Part shown: positions 1 to 13,500 of the stretch, piece by piece
Layout: each line of letters starts with the position of its first letter
Numbering within the stretch: the stretch's first letter is position 1
Assembly: GCA_012295275.1 (NCBI GenBank)
Contig: CM022670.1
Coordinates: forward strand, 23,808,001 to 23,872,000
Direction of reading: 5' to 3'
DNA from: Chrysomallon squamiferum
Taxonomy: Eukaryota > Animalia > Mollusca
Length of the DNA: 64,000 bases
Notes under the pieces: generated by a model
What the model saw: only the letters and a program-made list of their open reading frames with translations
Database searches by the model: none
What the model was told of the DNA's origin: nothing
Made by a program: the position numbers and the translations under genes

Positions 1-1967
1 TTTAATATTCTTTCTTGTTCTTGGTTCTCTTTTGAGACTTTTGGTGTAGAGTTGAAAGCTTACCAGGTGACACCTGGCATAATATGCCACAATTTGTCTG
101 TTTCTAATATCAAAAACCACTGTTCCATTCTGAACAGACCAGAGAAGGTGCTTTTCTGCCTGTGTAAAGGTTTATGTAAAGGATTACTGGTAGGAGTCTG
201 TTTTCTAATAGTTGCAGGTTTCAAGATCTAGTTTAGTTACAGGACAGTTTGTACATACCACAGGGTTTGTGTTTTATCTACCAGCCTCAGAACACTAACA
301 CAGAAGAGTCATCTTAATTTAGACACAGACATAACTTCAACATAGATGAGAAACATTAATTTGTTTCTATGAGTTAATCTACTCAGTTAGTGGTCTCACT
401 TCGTGCCAGTAAAAGCACAATGAAATAATTAAGTCAGTAATATTAGGAATTAAACAGTTGGAGATCTTTAAAAACTAGGTCACTGGGAGAGATCTGATAG
501 TGAAAGATGTCGGTTATAAATTCGACAAAAGGGACAGCTTTGTTTTGACTTCAGTAACTTAATAAAGAAATGTATTTTATGTTTCTGTAGTATTTTACTG
601 CATGTCTTCCTGAAAGTTCTTTTTTTTTTTTTTTTAAAACCATTTCATTAAAAATAAATAAAAAAGCAGTTCACTAGATTCAGATAATTAGTTCTGGGCT
701 TTATTTCAGTTGTCATAATTGTTCAACATCTGATAACATTTAATAATAAATGTTGTTTTGCAAATCATATCAGAAAAAGAAAAAAAAAAAAAAAAAAAAA
801 AAAAAACACCAAAAATACCAAGAAATTTTTGTTATGGCTTATTTTTATTGTTATTATATTTCTTTTAATAATGTATCATTTTTTTTTTTTTTTTTTTTTG
901 ATCAAGTTTAGAATTAAGTAGAGGTGAATGATATCCCTCTTACAAACTCAGAAAATTTTCCTATCAGATTGGAAGTCTTGAACAATTTACTTCACTGTCT
1001 ACAACATCTGTGTGTTTATTTTTAAGACTTTGATTCCTTGCTGTAACACACTTGTGTGGGTTACCTGTTCAGCTTGTTTTCAGACACGAGACAGTGTATG
1101 TGTCACTGATTTGTAACAGGCTCAGCGTACAGCCATTAGTCTACTTTAACACCGAGAACAATAAAACCAGAAAACCAAGACACTTCATTTTTGATTCACT
1201 GCCAGAGAAATAAAATATTAAAATAAAAAAAATCTGCAACTTTTTTTTTTTTTTTTTTTTTATATAACCTGGCATGTGACACATTTGTTAGTTTATCCTT
1301 TTCCACACTTAAGTATATTTTTATTTTATTTATTTATTTATTTATTTATTATTATTATTGTTATTTATGTTATTATTATTATTGTTATTTTATTATTATT
1401 TCTTTTATTTTACAAATGTAGCTTTCTTGTTATTTTTCATTTATTTTCTGTTTTCACAACAGTTGATTTTTTATTTATTTTTTTTTTTTTTTTTTTTTTT
1501 TATGTTAAATATTCTTTTGTGGGATATATTAAAAAAAAAATTCAGTTGTAGAAATGGTTTCATATTTCATGCAGTAATTTTTATAGTAATAACCTAAAAC
1601 CATGTTAAGAAAATAATATGTCTGTTTTGTTTAAATATATATACAGTGCAAAATAACAATAATAAATAAGAAGATGTAAAAATAATTCTTTAAAATCATT
1701 AAATAAATAGTATTAGTAAAATATAAAATAATAATGAAAAGATAATAAATAAAACAAAAACAACAAAAAGGCTGAAAAGTCAATCTTAAAAATATAATTC
1801 ATGATTTGAGAAAATTATTTTTGAAAATAGCAAGGGAGTCAGTCATTTGGTTCGTAATTAAAATTATTGATTTGGTGACTAAATTTATCTTTAACAGAAA
1901 AAGATCAATACTTGAAAAAGATGAGCATCTTGGCTGACAAAATTCAAAGATTTTTTGGGATGACATT

Positions 1968-1971
<4 letters not shown>

Positions 1972-2023
<52 letters not shown>
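1972..2023. repeat. (TG)n microsatellite
   Basis: Direct reading of about 26 TG units. Confidence 0.95.
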
Positions 2024-2024
<1 letters not shown>

Positions 2025-3148
2025 TATACTATGTGTGTTTGTCTACCCACCCACATACATAACATACACATCTTTTTATACACTTTAACTTTTTCATTAA
2101 CGATAATTATTCTCTTTCTGTTCCTTTACTTGCAAATTGAAATCTTCCGATATCAGCTATTTTAGGCTTTTATTTGCTTTGTTCTTGAGTCTTGTTCAAT
2201 CAGTTTTTTATTTTTTTTATTATTTTTTTTAAACTTAAACAATGACCAATGACTTCAACTTCGTTTTCAATTACAGTTCATCCCAAAGGTATTTAAATTG
2301 GTCTGAATTTGCTTGTTTGTTTCTTAGACTACACAGACACTAAATTATCTTAGTTTAGATCCCGAGTTAAACTGTTGGTATAAGACAGTTGTAAGAGCCA
2401 TGCTCTGTTCCTATATTAAAGTCACTGCCATAGAAATTGATAAAAATTTAAATACTCAAATGCCATTAGGTGAAGATTTAATTTAAGATAAACATTTTTG
2501 TTTGAATAGCGATGTGTCCATTACTTGAAGTGCTAACGATCATGTTGTATATTTTAAAAGTGTTCAAGGTTATGAGATTACAAGTCTAAATTTTGGGTTG
2601 TCAGTTGAATATCAGTGAGAGATTTTTATTTTTTTATTTTATTTTTTTAATTTTAATAAATGGCATTTTAAAAAAATGAAATGTTAAAAATATTCTAAAA
2701 TCTAATTTATCGTTCATTTGAAACATTTTTAAAGTTTTAACTGATTTAAAAAAATATAATTTAATCTGTTCACTTTCAGTGATTTTAAAACAATTCATAC
2801 ACAATTACCATTAATACTGATTTAAAATCTTAACCAATGTAAACAGAAATACGTATTGTCTGCTGGTTTTAGTCATTATATTAAATCATGAAACATGAAA
2901 TACATTATGTAATGAAATTATTACTTAATTTGAAACTATTCTGTTTAGAACATATGAATGTACAGCAGCACATACAGATATTCAGAAAAGGAGATAAACG
3001 GACATTACAGTGTTTAATGACTTCTAAGATGAATTAATTTAATTTTTTAAGAAACAGTGCATTCTGGATGATGTTTTCTTCTCTCTCTGTGTGTTTGCCA
3101 GTGAATCAAGTAACACTGAATATTTTATTCTGTTTGTTTATTTTCTAG

Positions 3149-3451
3149 GATTCCAGTGATGAGAAGGGTCTCCTCAGCAACCCCACTAGGAATCGAGGAT
3201 GTACTGATTGTCTCACCTTGATTATCTTCATTCTCTTCTGGGCTGGGATGGTATGTTAATTTAAATTATTAAAGTACTGTTCATTTTTAAAAAAAAAAAA
3301 AAAAAAGAAAAAACCATTTTATAACAAACAAAAAAAACAAACCCAAAACCCCAGTCAAATAGCAGTAAATTAAGTGAACATCAAAAATAAATCAAAAATG
3401 AAAAATCAACTTTGTGATAAGTAACAAATACAATTATTATTATTATTGTTG

Positions 3452-3487
<36 letters not shown>

Positions 3488-4088
3488 TTTGGGTGGTTTT
3501 TTTTTTTTTTTGTGTTAAGTAAAAAGTACAAAATTTTTATTAATACTTCTTTAAAGATTATGTTTAAAATAAAAACAGAACAGAACAGCATCAATTACTG
3601 TTAAGGTTTTAAAACAGTGAACTCTGATGTACTTAATCAGACTAGTTACAAGCAAGCAGACTGGTTACATTAATAATAATTAAGTTTCTAATTCACAGAT
3701 GTGCAGTGCTAACAAATTAATCATTTACTTCAATTTTTTGTTTTTTTTGTTGTTTTTTTGTTGTTGTTTTGTTTCTATTTTACTTTTTTGCTTCTAAAAC
3801 ATCTAAAGCATTTAAATTGCTTTTTAAATATTTGTTTTATGTATATCATTTTATTTGTTTAATTATTTTTAATATATTCTACATCATACTAATTGATGAT
3901 GGACTAAATTAACCTTGTCCTTATATAGTTAAAAAAACTGCAGATAGTGTACATTTAAAGATTTATTTTTATACCTTTTTTTTATTGTACCGTATAAAAT
4001 ATATTACCATTGCTAATTTTAATAAACTTCAGACAATTTCATTTTTAGTAACCTGATCATAATTTTTTTAATGAAATGATGTAAATGT

Positions 4089-4125
<37 letters not shown>

Positions 4126-7100
4126 AAATAAATAAATAAATATAAAAATAAAGAAAATATATATAAACAGGATTAAAAAATAAATGTAATAAACAATAAA
4201 CCCCACCATAAATGCTGAAAGGAAGAGAAAAGCTAGGACAGAAATAAACTGCCCCACATTCAAAGTGAAATGCTTTATTCTCTTGTATTTCAGATCTTCA
4301 TTGCAGCATTTTCAATTGGAAAAGGAGATGCGTTCCGTCTCATTTATGGTTACGATAGTTTTGGCAACACATGTGATGAAAATAATGAGGGAAATGCCAT
4401 CCCCAATATTTCACTGTCTGGACTTAACATGAAAGGCAGATCGTGAGTATTCAACTTGTAAATTGCTTTCCTCGATTCGCTAAAAACAATTCATAAGTGT
4501 TGAACAAAAAATTATGTTTGAAGACTTTTTTTTGTCATTTAAATATTGTTTTGGTGTTTTTTTTGCTTTTTTTCTATTTTTTTAAAATTTTATTCTTTTT
4601 TTTTTTTTTCTCAAATAGTTTTAAAAAAAATATAAAATCATTGAAAATATTTTTTTTTTTCCAATTTAAAAATGTTGATCATCTTTTCATTTTATTTTTA
4701 AATTAATTTTTTTTTATATATATATACATGACTAAAAGCTGCTTCCTGATGAAAAAGAATTATTTAGAATGTTGTCTTTTTCCCTTTAATAATTAAAATT
4801 AATTATCTGAGAATGGAAATATATGTAATCATTTATTCATTGAATTAGTTTTTACTATTTTGATTTCGTTATTATTTGCCATGTGGTGTGATTACTGAAG
4901 AACTTGACTTTTTTCTGTGTGTTGGAAGATAATAATTATATTACTTTTGTATCAGTTTAATTTTTTAAACTCTGTAACTGAAGAAAAAAGAAAAAAACAT
5001 TTTTTCCCAAAATGGCGAAAGAGAAAGAATCATATATATAATTTTAAATAAAACATTTTTGATCAGAAATGTAGAACAACATGACCTTAGTGCAACCACA
5101 CATACCAGTGTAAGTATAGCTTAAAAGCAGGGACTCTACTGATTCTACCTTAGTAACATGATTTAATTAGGTATTGACAGAATATGGAGGATTAGAAGGT
5201 TGATTCTGTTACTGGTAGATCCATATTTCTTCACTTTCTGAATGCTTCTTAGAATAACATTTCCATTAAACCTCTTATTAGCTTATCTCAAATACAGTAT
5301 ATGTGGAATAATTATATTTATTAATGGACCATCCCAAGTATGTCGGGTTTTTTTTTTTTTACATGCCAAAGAACTAAACAGAGGCTAAATTGGAAATTAA
5401 GAAATTCTTTTGATTAGGTTTAATAATGTTAATAATGATATAATATGGCAATGTTTATTCTGAATTATTATTATTATTATTTTTTTTATCATACAGATTT
5501 TGTTAGTTGGCACTTTATGTACAGTGCAGTGTAATAATCTTTATTTACTGCTGAACCTCAATTTCACGGATCAGATGTGGAAAAATCACAAAATGTGAAA
5601 CCGTTTGTTAGATACAGAGCCCAGTAACTCATCAAGTGTCTGATAGATATCAGTTGGCATGTTGTAAATATTTGTTACTGGAGCAGCACCACAATATTTT
5701 CATTATTACAATTACCAAAATACTGTTTGTGACTAGCAATGGTTTCTATGGTTTCCAGAGGAAGAAGTGAGGAAAGTAAAAAGGTGCATCTTAGTCTTGT
5801 TCGGAAGTTAGAAATGATACAACTTCTTAAATCGGGGGGGGGGGCTCTGCATGCTGTTCTTACATTATTGTATTACTGTATTACATGGCTCTTATTGGTA
5901 TTACAGTTTAATGTTGCAGTAAATTTTAGAGTTAATGTTTACATTCACGATTTTCCCAGACTTTAGCTTTTTCCAGACCGGTGTTCCCCTCTATTAGTCT
6001 GTGAAATCGAGGGTCAACAGTGTAGGTAAATGAATAAAATTAATTAGTGACAGCTGTTGCTGCAGCATGGGAGCTGCCAATGACTGTATATTATTTTGTA
6101 ATTATTATATTTATAAATGTTATTATCTGTAATATACTCGTTCATCTTTGATTATTAAAAAGCATGCCGATATGTATTTTTATTGTTTTAATTTTATTTA
6201 GTTCTGCTCAAATCATATGTATTCACACAGTTTATTAAAATCAGAAAATAATATATATAATTATAATTATACATTAATATACATACACATATTTATTTCA
6301 TTTCTGTGGCTTTTGTTTTAAGCAGGTTATCAGTTTTCGTAGACATGTGCATTCAGTTTGTCACTAACAAGCTGAGTATGTTATATGTTATTTAGAGAAG
6401 TTGGTTTTTGCTAGAAAATGAACCTTTGATAGTTACTTCTGCTTATCATTGCTAACTTGACTTTCATTGGCTTTCTCCAATTTAGAACATCACACACATG
6501 ATGGAGATTGTATCCAGCCATTTATGCTCTTTGTCTGCACTGGCACTCACACTGTTCTATAATGAAAGACATGTATACAAATGTTGATGTAAATAATTGA
6601 ATAATGTAAACAGAGAGAGATAAAAAGAATGGCTAAATTGCTGCCAGTGTTATGTCAGAATTTTAGAATAATACACAATTCATTTCTGAGGATAATGTGG
6701 GTCTTTGTTTTCCTATGTAGGAATAGTTTGCTCTGACTGTAATAACATGGCCATGATTGCTTTGTTGCAGGTTATAGAAAATAAGTGGCTTAAAGGTAGC
6801 TTATGAATATGTGCATTTGAATATCACATTTGGTCTATCAGCAGTATAAAATTAAAAATATTTCAGTATGTCAGAATAGCCTTTTAATGGGGTAAACATA
6901 TTCAACTTTCAAAAATGAAAAATAGAATGTTTTAAAAAAAAATTTCAGGCATTTTGTGTCATGTTTTTCTTTTAAATAAAAAATAACAAAATGTTATGTT
7001 CTCATCCCAACATCTGATTTAATTGAAGGGTTTTTTGTGTATTTTTTAATGTTTTAAAATATATACTTGTATATTCTTAATTAATTCATAATATATACTG

Positions 7101-10100
7101 ACTTACAGTTATGATCTCATTATAAACAATCTAATCTGCAATTTAAAAATTAATACAATTACCACTATTCAGTATAACTCTTTTTCAGCCATTTTTTCTT
7201 CTTATTTTGGTGGGAAGAAATTAAATTCATGTTCTTCAAAAACATCACCTCATTTTTCTATATTATAGAGAAAAAATTAAATTTTTCAGATATGTATTTT
7301 TCATGGACATTACAAAGCCAAAAGAATCGATGGTGATATGTGTCAACAAATGCCCTGACAAAGACTTTAACAACATCTATGACATCTACGCTTTCACTGA
7401 GAGAAGTGGCTCATATCTGTGTAGATATGACATCAAAATGGAGGATTACCAAAAACAGAAACAAAGTCTGCATGGACCATGTCCTGTTTCACCTGTCAGA
7501 CAAAGGTAACTAGACTTAAAAAAACAGTAGTTACAGGAAAACAATCTTCAAATATAATTATGCTCATGACAATTAGGGATAATTTCAATGGTTGTGATAG
7601 TGCAATGGGGAATTTGTTTAGAAACTTTGATGATGCCTACACCTAATCCAGTTTATTTCAATTATCTTCATTTGGCAGACTAAAGTTAAAAATTATATTA
7701 AATTAATGAACATTAAAGTATCTCCTTTTTGGCATATCAATGAATACCATTTTAAACAGGCTAGATAAATACTGTTTTGACATCAATTTTACCATGTCAA
7801 ATAAAATGCCATACAAAAGTATGTGGTTTATAAACTAAATATATCTTATAATGACAATTTGGCTCTGCCATGTAAAACTAAAGAAGCATTTCTAGATAAT
7901 GCTATTTATGCATATTTCAACATTAGTAGAATTTTGACCTAGAAAAGATGGTGTGTCTGGCACAAATCACAGCACTGTTTGGATTCAAAACACAACTTTT
8001 GTCCTCACACTGAGTAATCAGAACATATCAAATATTGCCTTTATGAACAAGTGCCCTTGAAAAAAAATAAAATAATAAAATAAAAATATAGCATAAAAAA
8101 ATAAAGGTTTATTTTAACTGTATAACAAGAACCCATATATATCTTAATGGTTACAAATAACATGTTTTAATTACTGTTTTCAGTGAGCCTTTACTTAATC
8201 GATGTGTGCCAAAGGATCTGATGAGTCTGCCAGCAGGAATACCAAACAGTGTTATCAGCTTTCTCAACGAAAGTCATCTCTTCCAGAAGGTTCTTGCTGA
8301 CCTCTACAGTAGCTGGAAGGAGATGCTCTGTCTTTGTTTTGTAGCCCTGGGTAAGTCTGTTCACTAAAACACTGTTGTGGTAGTGGTTCAAGCAAATGTG
8401 TAATGGGTCATATGATGAATCTTCCTTTGTTTTTTTGTGCCCATCTGGCCATTTCCTATTGTTGTAAGTCCCCCAAGTCTCATTTGATTAAGGTTGATTT
8501 AGTTAAAGATCTGTTTTGTAAACTGTATGGAGGACAGAGGCTTAGTGTTTATTGCAAGATAGGTCTAAAGACCTAAAGATTCCTTAGCATACCCATTTGA
8601 ACATTATGTTTCAGCCTGTGTCTTCCAAGTGTTTCATTTAACAGAATATTTAATGGTGATAGTTTATAAACTGAGAGCATAATAAGGTTTTGTTTTATGT
8701 TTGATAAAAAAAAAAACTGTTACAAATTAATTAAAAACAGATCTTGATGTCTACACAAAAAACTCAGAGGCAAGTCACAGATATACAGCTGTCTAAACAG
8801 ACCATGATTTTGTTTTCTATGTTGTATAAGGATGTTGGATATTTCCTTCAGTTCTGTGGTAAAACACACACAATATGGTTAAGGACACACACACACATAT
8901 TTGTAAGAATGGATAAACACACACACACATTGATTGTTGCTAGAATTTTTAAAAGTTTCTTTGATTATTATTTTATTTTTATAGCCAGGATGCAAAAGAG
9001 TAATTTCAGGATTTAGATAAAAAGAAATCTAAATATGAATTATTCATATTAGTAATATGAGAGGAGAGGAAATGTTTTGTTTTAATTTACAGTTTTTAGT
9101 TTTTAATTATTATAGAACAGTCATCATCAGGTTTCCAGGAATTTTGATTCATAATTCATACTGATTAAATAAAGTATTGTATTTTTTTTTTTTTTTTTTA
9201 ATTTTTTACTATTTCTTTTAAGATAAACATAACCAAATTATAAAATAAAAACTGCTATTATGACATGTTCTGTTTTTATAGCACAAACTTTAGCTATGTA
9301 ACAAAAAACATTATATGATTAGTCTTATGTTCAGTTTATTACCATGTTACAAGAAAAGCAAAATGTGACTGTTGTACTCAGTTTAATATAGACATATTAT
9401 TTTAAATGTTTAGAAAGCTGATCATTAATGATGCTGTTTTCAGAATATTTATGTTTTAAAGTTTTAAAAACATCTTGCTCCTCTCATTTAAATATAACTT
9501 CAGTTAGGAACAGAGATACTTTTTCTACAGAGTGACATAGCATCAAAATTATTTCACAAACTTTGCATTATTTTTATTTATTTATATATTTATTTTTGTA
9601 TTTTTATTTTTAAAATTACTTCTCTAGTATGTTGTTTGGTTTATTGATTCAGTAATTTTTTTTTTTATAGATTTCCCAGAACTGTTATCCATTTTTCCTT
9701 TTTTCTTTTGTTGTTAGGCACGTTTTTGTTGTTTGAAACTAGTAACACATTATGTTGTCATTTGTCTTAGCACTTGTCACAAAGATGTTTGAATCCTGCC
9801 GTTTACACACATGCTATTTAGCACTTACGTTAATCTTTAAGAGATTCATTTCCTATTAAGTAAAGTGCAAGTTTGAACTCTTGTGTAATTGCACCATCAT
9901 TACCTTAAATTGCTCCGTTATTTGAATTAACTCGTCCACTGGAATTCTATGTTTTGGGGGAAATTGCTGTCCAGCCAAAACAGTCTGTGACATTCTGAGC
10001 GGAAATCTGTGTGGATTTATTGCCCTCATAGTTAAGTGTGTTTTGTCATTGCCTTTCAGGTTTCGCTGTCTTAATGGTTCTGCTGATCCGGTTCCTCGCC

Positions 10101-10503
10101 TCCGTTATTGTCTGGCTTATTGTGGCGTTTGCGGTCATCGCTAGTATAGGTAAGTTAATCTTATTGGCATTTCTACCCCACCATTCATCTGAATGTGAAT
10201 GTGTTTTCTAATCTGCAGGAGGAAGTGAAATTAGGATGTTTTCTGCTGTTCCTTTCTCTTGTTGTGTGTAGAGAGTGAAATAAAATGTATGGTAAATGTA
10301 TATATTTCAGACATTTTCTATTGTCGTTTCAGTTTAGATTGTCTGTCTGTCTGATGTCTTTATTTTTATATCAGAACTGGTTGCTTACAAGTGCTTACAA
10401 AGTGTTGTGTTGCTTTGAAAGATAACATAAATTAACTAAACATGTCTTCCCAAAGAGTAAATAAAAAATATAAAAAAATGTTAAAAAAATGTTTATAATG
10501 ATA

Positions 10504-10537
<34 letters not shown>

Positions 10538-13500
10538 TAAAATAATTTTAACAAAATATATATACACACAGAGTAAACTCTTTAATTTAAAATCTTGAAA
10601 GTCATTTTCTCAAACAACACTACATCTCAAAACAAGCAGTAGATCCTGTCTGTTTCTTTGCATAAACATATAACTAGATTAATTTTGAGATTAAAATAAA
10701 CATGATATCCTGAATGTCTTGTATGGTCCATGATGAAATATTTTATATATTACATGTACATTTTTGTATTTGATAAAGATGAACTTGTATTGAATCCAAT
10801 GAGTTCTTAATTAATAAAAAAAATACATGTATGTTACTGCAAAAAAAATTGTTTTTCATTTGCCTTTTGTATGTTTAAGTATCTCAGATGTAATGATATC
10901 TTGAACTTGATTCCAATTCACTGCAACTTTGAGACTGAAAGAGTTTATATTTCTTTCTGTTTTTTTTTTCAGTTTAAGAACATCGTTCATAGATTAATAC
11001 TTTTTCAGTAAGGGAGTTTAATCAATACCAGTCACAAACAATAAATAAAAAACTGAACAATGCCTTTTAATGTTGCTGTGGTTTTTTGTAAAAAAAAAAA
11101 ATTCAGTATTTAATATCCTACATGCTATAGAAACAGCACTGTTAAACTTATGCTTTTCAGATAAAAAAAAAAAATATGGCAAAGGCTTGTCAATATTTTT
11201 TTTGTCTTGGTTTACATTTTGAAAAGGTATGATATTTATTGCAGTTTCAGAAGTTAATTGAAGATAATTTCAGTTGGAAGTAATTTTGGTATCAGTTGTC
11301 AGGTTTTCATTGTCATATTTCTTTTTATCTCAGAGGTTTGTTTGTGGCACAGTTTTTTTGTAGGATGAGCTGATAATCTCTGTTTTGGTAATTGTAAGAT
11401 GTACCTGCAGTTTATATTTCTTCAAGAAAACTCTTTACACAAAGGAGTAGTGGGCATAAATGCATGTATTTCTGAAATCTGCGTTCCTGTTCACACTTCC
11501 ACCAAATTCTGCAGATGTGATATGATTCAGTTAGTATTTTAAGTGATTTAAAACAGAAAAACATACCAATATTTCTGAACACTTTGATAAATGAGAAATG
11601 TTTTTAAAAAATGTCTATATTTTTTTGGTTTCTTCTTACTGAATGATTCAAACAAAAAATTAAAGTACTGTTGCTAATTACAAATAATTTGTAATGATTT
11701 ATTAATGTGTTGAGAGGAAAAATGTTTTTCTGATTTTTGAAGGATTTTTTTTATGGTTTGTTTTTCATGACTCATTTATTTACAACAGAAGCTAAAAGTA
11801 AAAAGAAAATTTATGGCTTTTCATAAATCCTAAATAGACCACAGAAAACTGAGTTGCACCATTTGTACAAACTAAATAAATAAATAAATTAAATGAAAAA
11901 AAAACAAAAAACAGTGTAAAATGAAACTTGTAACATTTTAGATAACATTTAAAAAAAAAAAAAAAACCCAGTAAATCATAAAAAATAATACTGACAGAAA
12001 ATAAAATCACATCATTTTTTAAAAATAAAATAATAAAAAGTAGTAATAAATAAAATTCAAAACAATACACACTGAAAACTTCATTTGTTTGAAATATAAT
12101 ATTAAATGAATAAAATAACAAATGATGTTGTGATTTGATAGGAAATCAAATTCCATGTTATTTCATGGGACAACAAAATCCAGTAAACACAAATGAAAAG
12201 AAAAATTATATGTTTCAGGTTGTTCTTTTTTCTCTCCATCTTTCTCTCCTCCCACATTTTTTTTTTTTTTTTTTTTTATCCAGACAGCAATTTACTGAGA
12301 TCAGAACTAATGGTGACATTAATCAAATTAATTCTTCATTTGACATGGGCTAACAAATAGGTCAGATGTGCTGATTGGAATTAAAAGTTTGAAATCCTCG
12401 CCATTTAGAAGCTCGGGCAGATGAATGCTGTTGGCCACCAATGTGAAATCATGTTTCTCATGAAGCAGAATTAATCTTTCACAAACTCATCTAGCCACTG
12501 ACCCTGCTGTGCAGTCCCCACATTCACGTTCTTGGTGTGGAATAAAAAATCAGCTGTTGGCTGACCTTCCTGCCATAAAATACGAAGAATGGAATTGATC
12601 TGGCATTATTCTGTAACAGAACCATTCAAGATGAAAAATTTTATCAATACTCCTCAAGCTGATAGTGAATATGCAAAGCTCGGCTTGCATGCAAAAGAAT
12701 ACACAATGAGACTTGTAAGTGGATGGTTTTTCAGTGCAGGTTGTATTTTCTTACAAATGCAAGAAGAAGAATTCCAAAGCACCATTATAATTTTGGGGGT
12801 TTTGTTGTTGTTATTAGATTTTTGCAAAACCTAACTTTGGATTAATCATTCTTATTAATGGACAGTTTAAATATAAAAACTGATAAATATATATATCTTA
12901 ATACTGATTCTTTAAGACAGTCAGTTTATATTTTTAAGCAAAATTTGGTGATTTAGAAAATTCAGTTCATTAGTTTGGTATCTTTAATGTTCTGCAATCA
13001 TATAGTGTTAAATAAAAATACAGAAGTGTTATATACAGCTGTTGCAAATATGAAACAGCCTAACAGGTCCTAAAAGATTTTACATAACAGCAAATCTTTC
13101 CCTATTACATGTTTGTTTTTAAACTGTGTGCTGTTTTATTTTCACTAATCTTGAATCAGAGTTTTTATGACTTTTTATCTACATTTAACATGTTTGTCTG
13201 CTATCATCTACTTTTATATGATCAACACCTGTTAACACAACAATTTGCTGTTCAAGCTAAAAGCATGTCTGGGATTTTACAGGCATTTATCATTACATAT
13301 TGTCTCAGACAAAACAAACAAAAAATATTGGATGTTAGCAATCCTCTAAGTAAAAATCATGAGATTTGAAAATAATATCATCGTCAGTTGTCTTTCCCTA
13401 ACAGCACATTCACATGTGTACACTCTTCCTGTTGATATTCAAAGGTATTTCTCACATATGTCTTGGTTTGTTCAAGCAGAATATATATTTTTTTCATTTC

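Noticed and set aside
3102-3109. ttgccag|tgaatcaa|gtaaca micro-exon candidate
   Set aside because: It is 8 nt (frame-shifting) and would leave only a 39-nt intron to the next acceptor.
1276-4706. Hydrophobic F/L/I/Y-rich ORFs in the ORF track (1276-1551, 1358-1597, 4497-4706 and similar ones elsewhere)
   Set aside because: They are translations of poly-T, (TTA)n and microsatellite intron sequence, with no domain similarity or splice-consistent structure.
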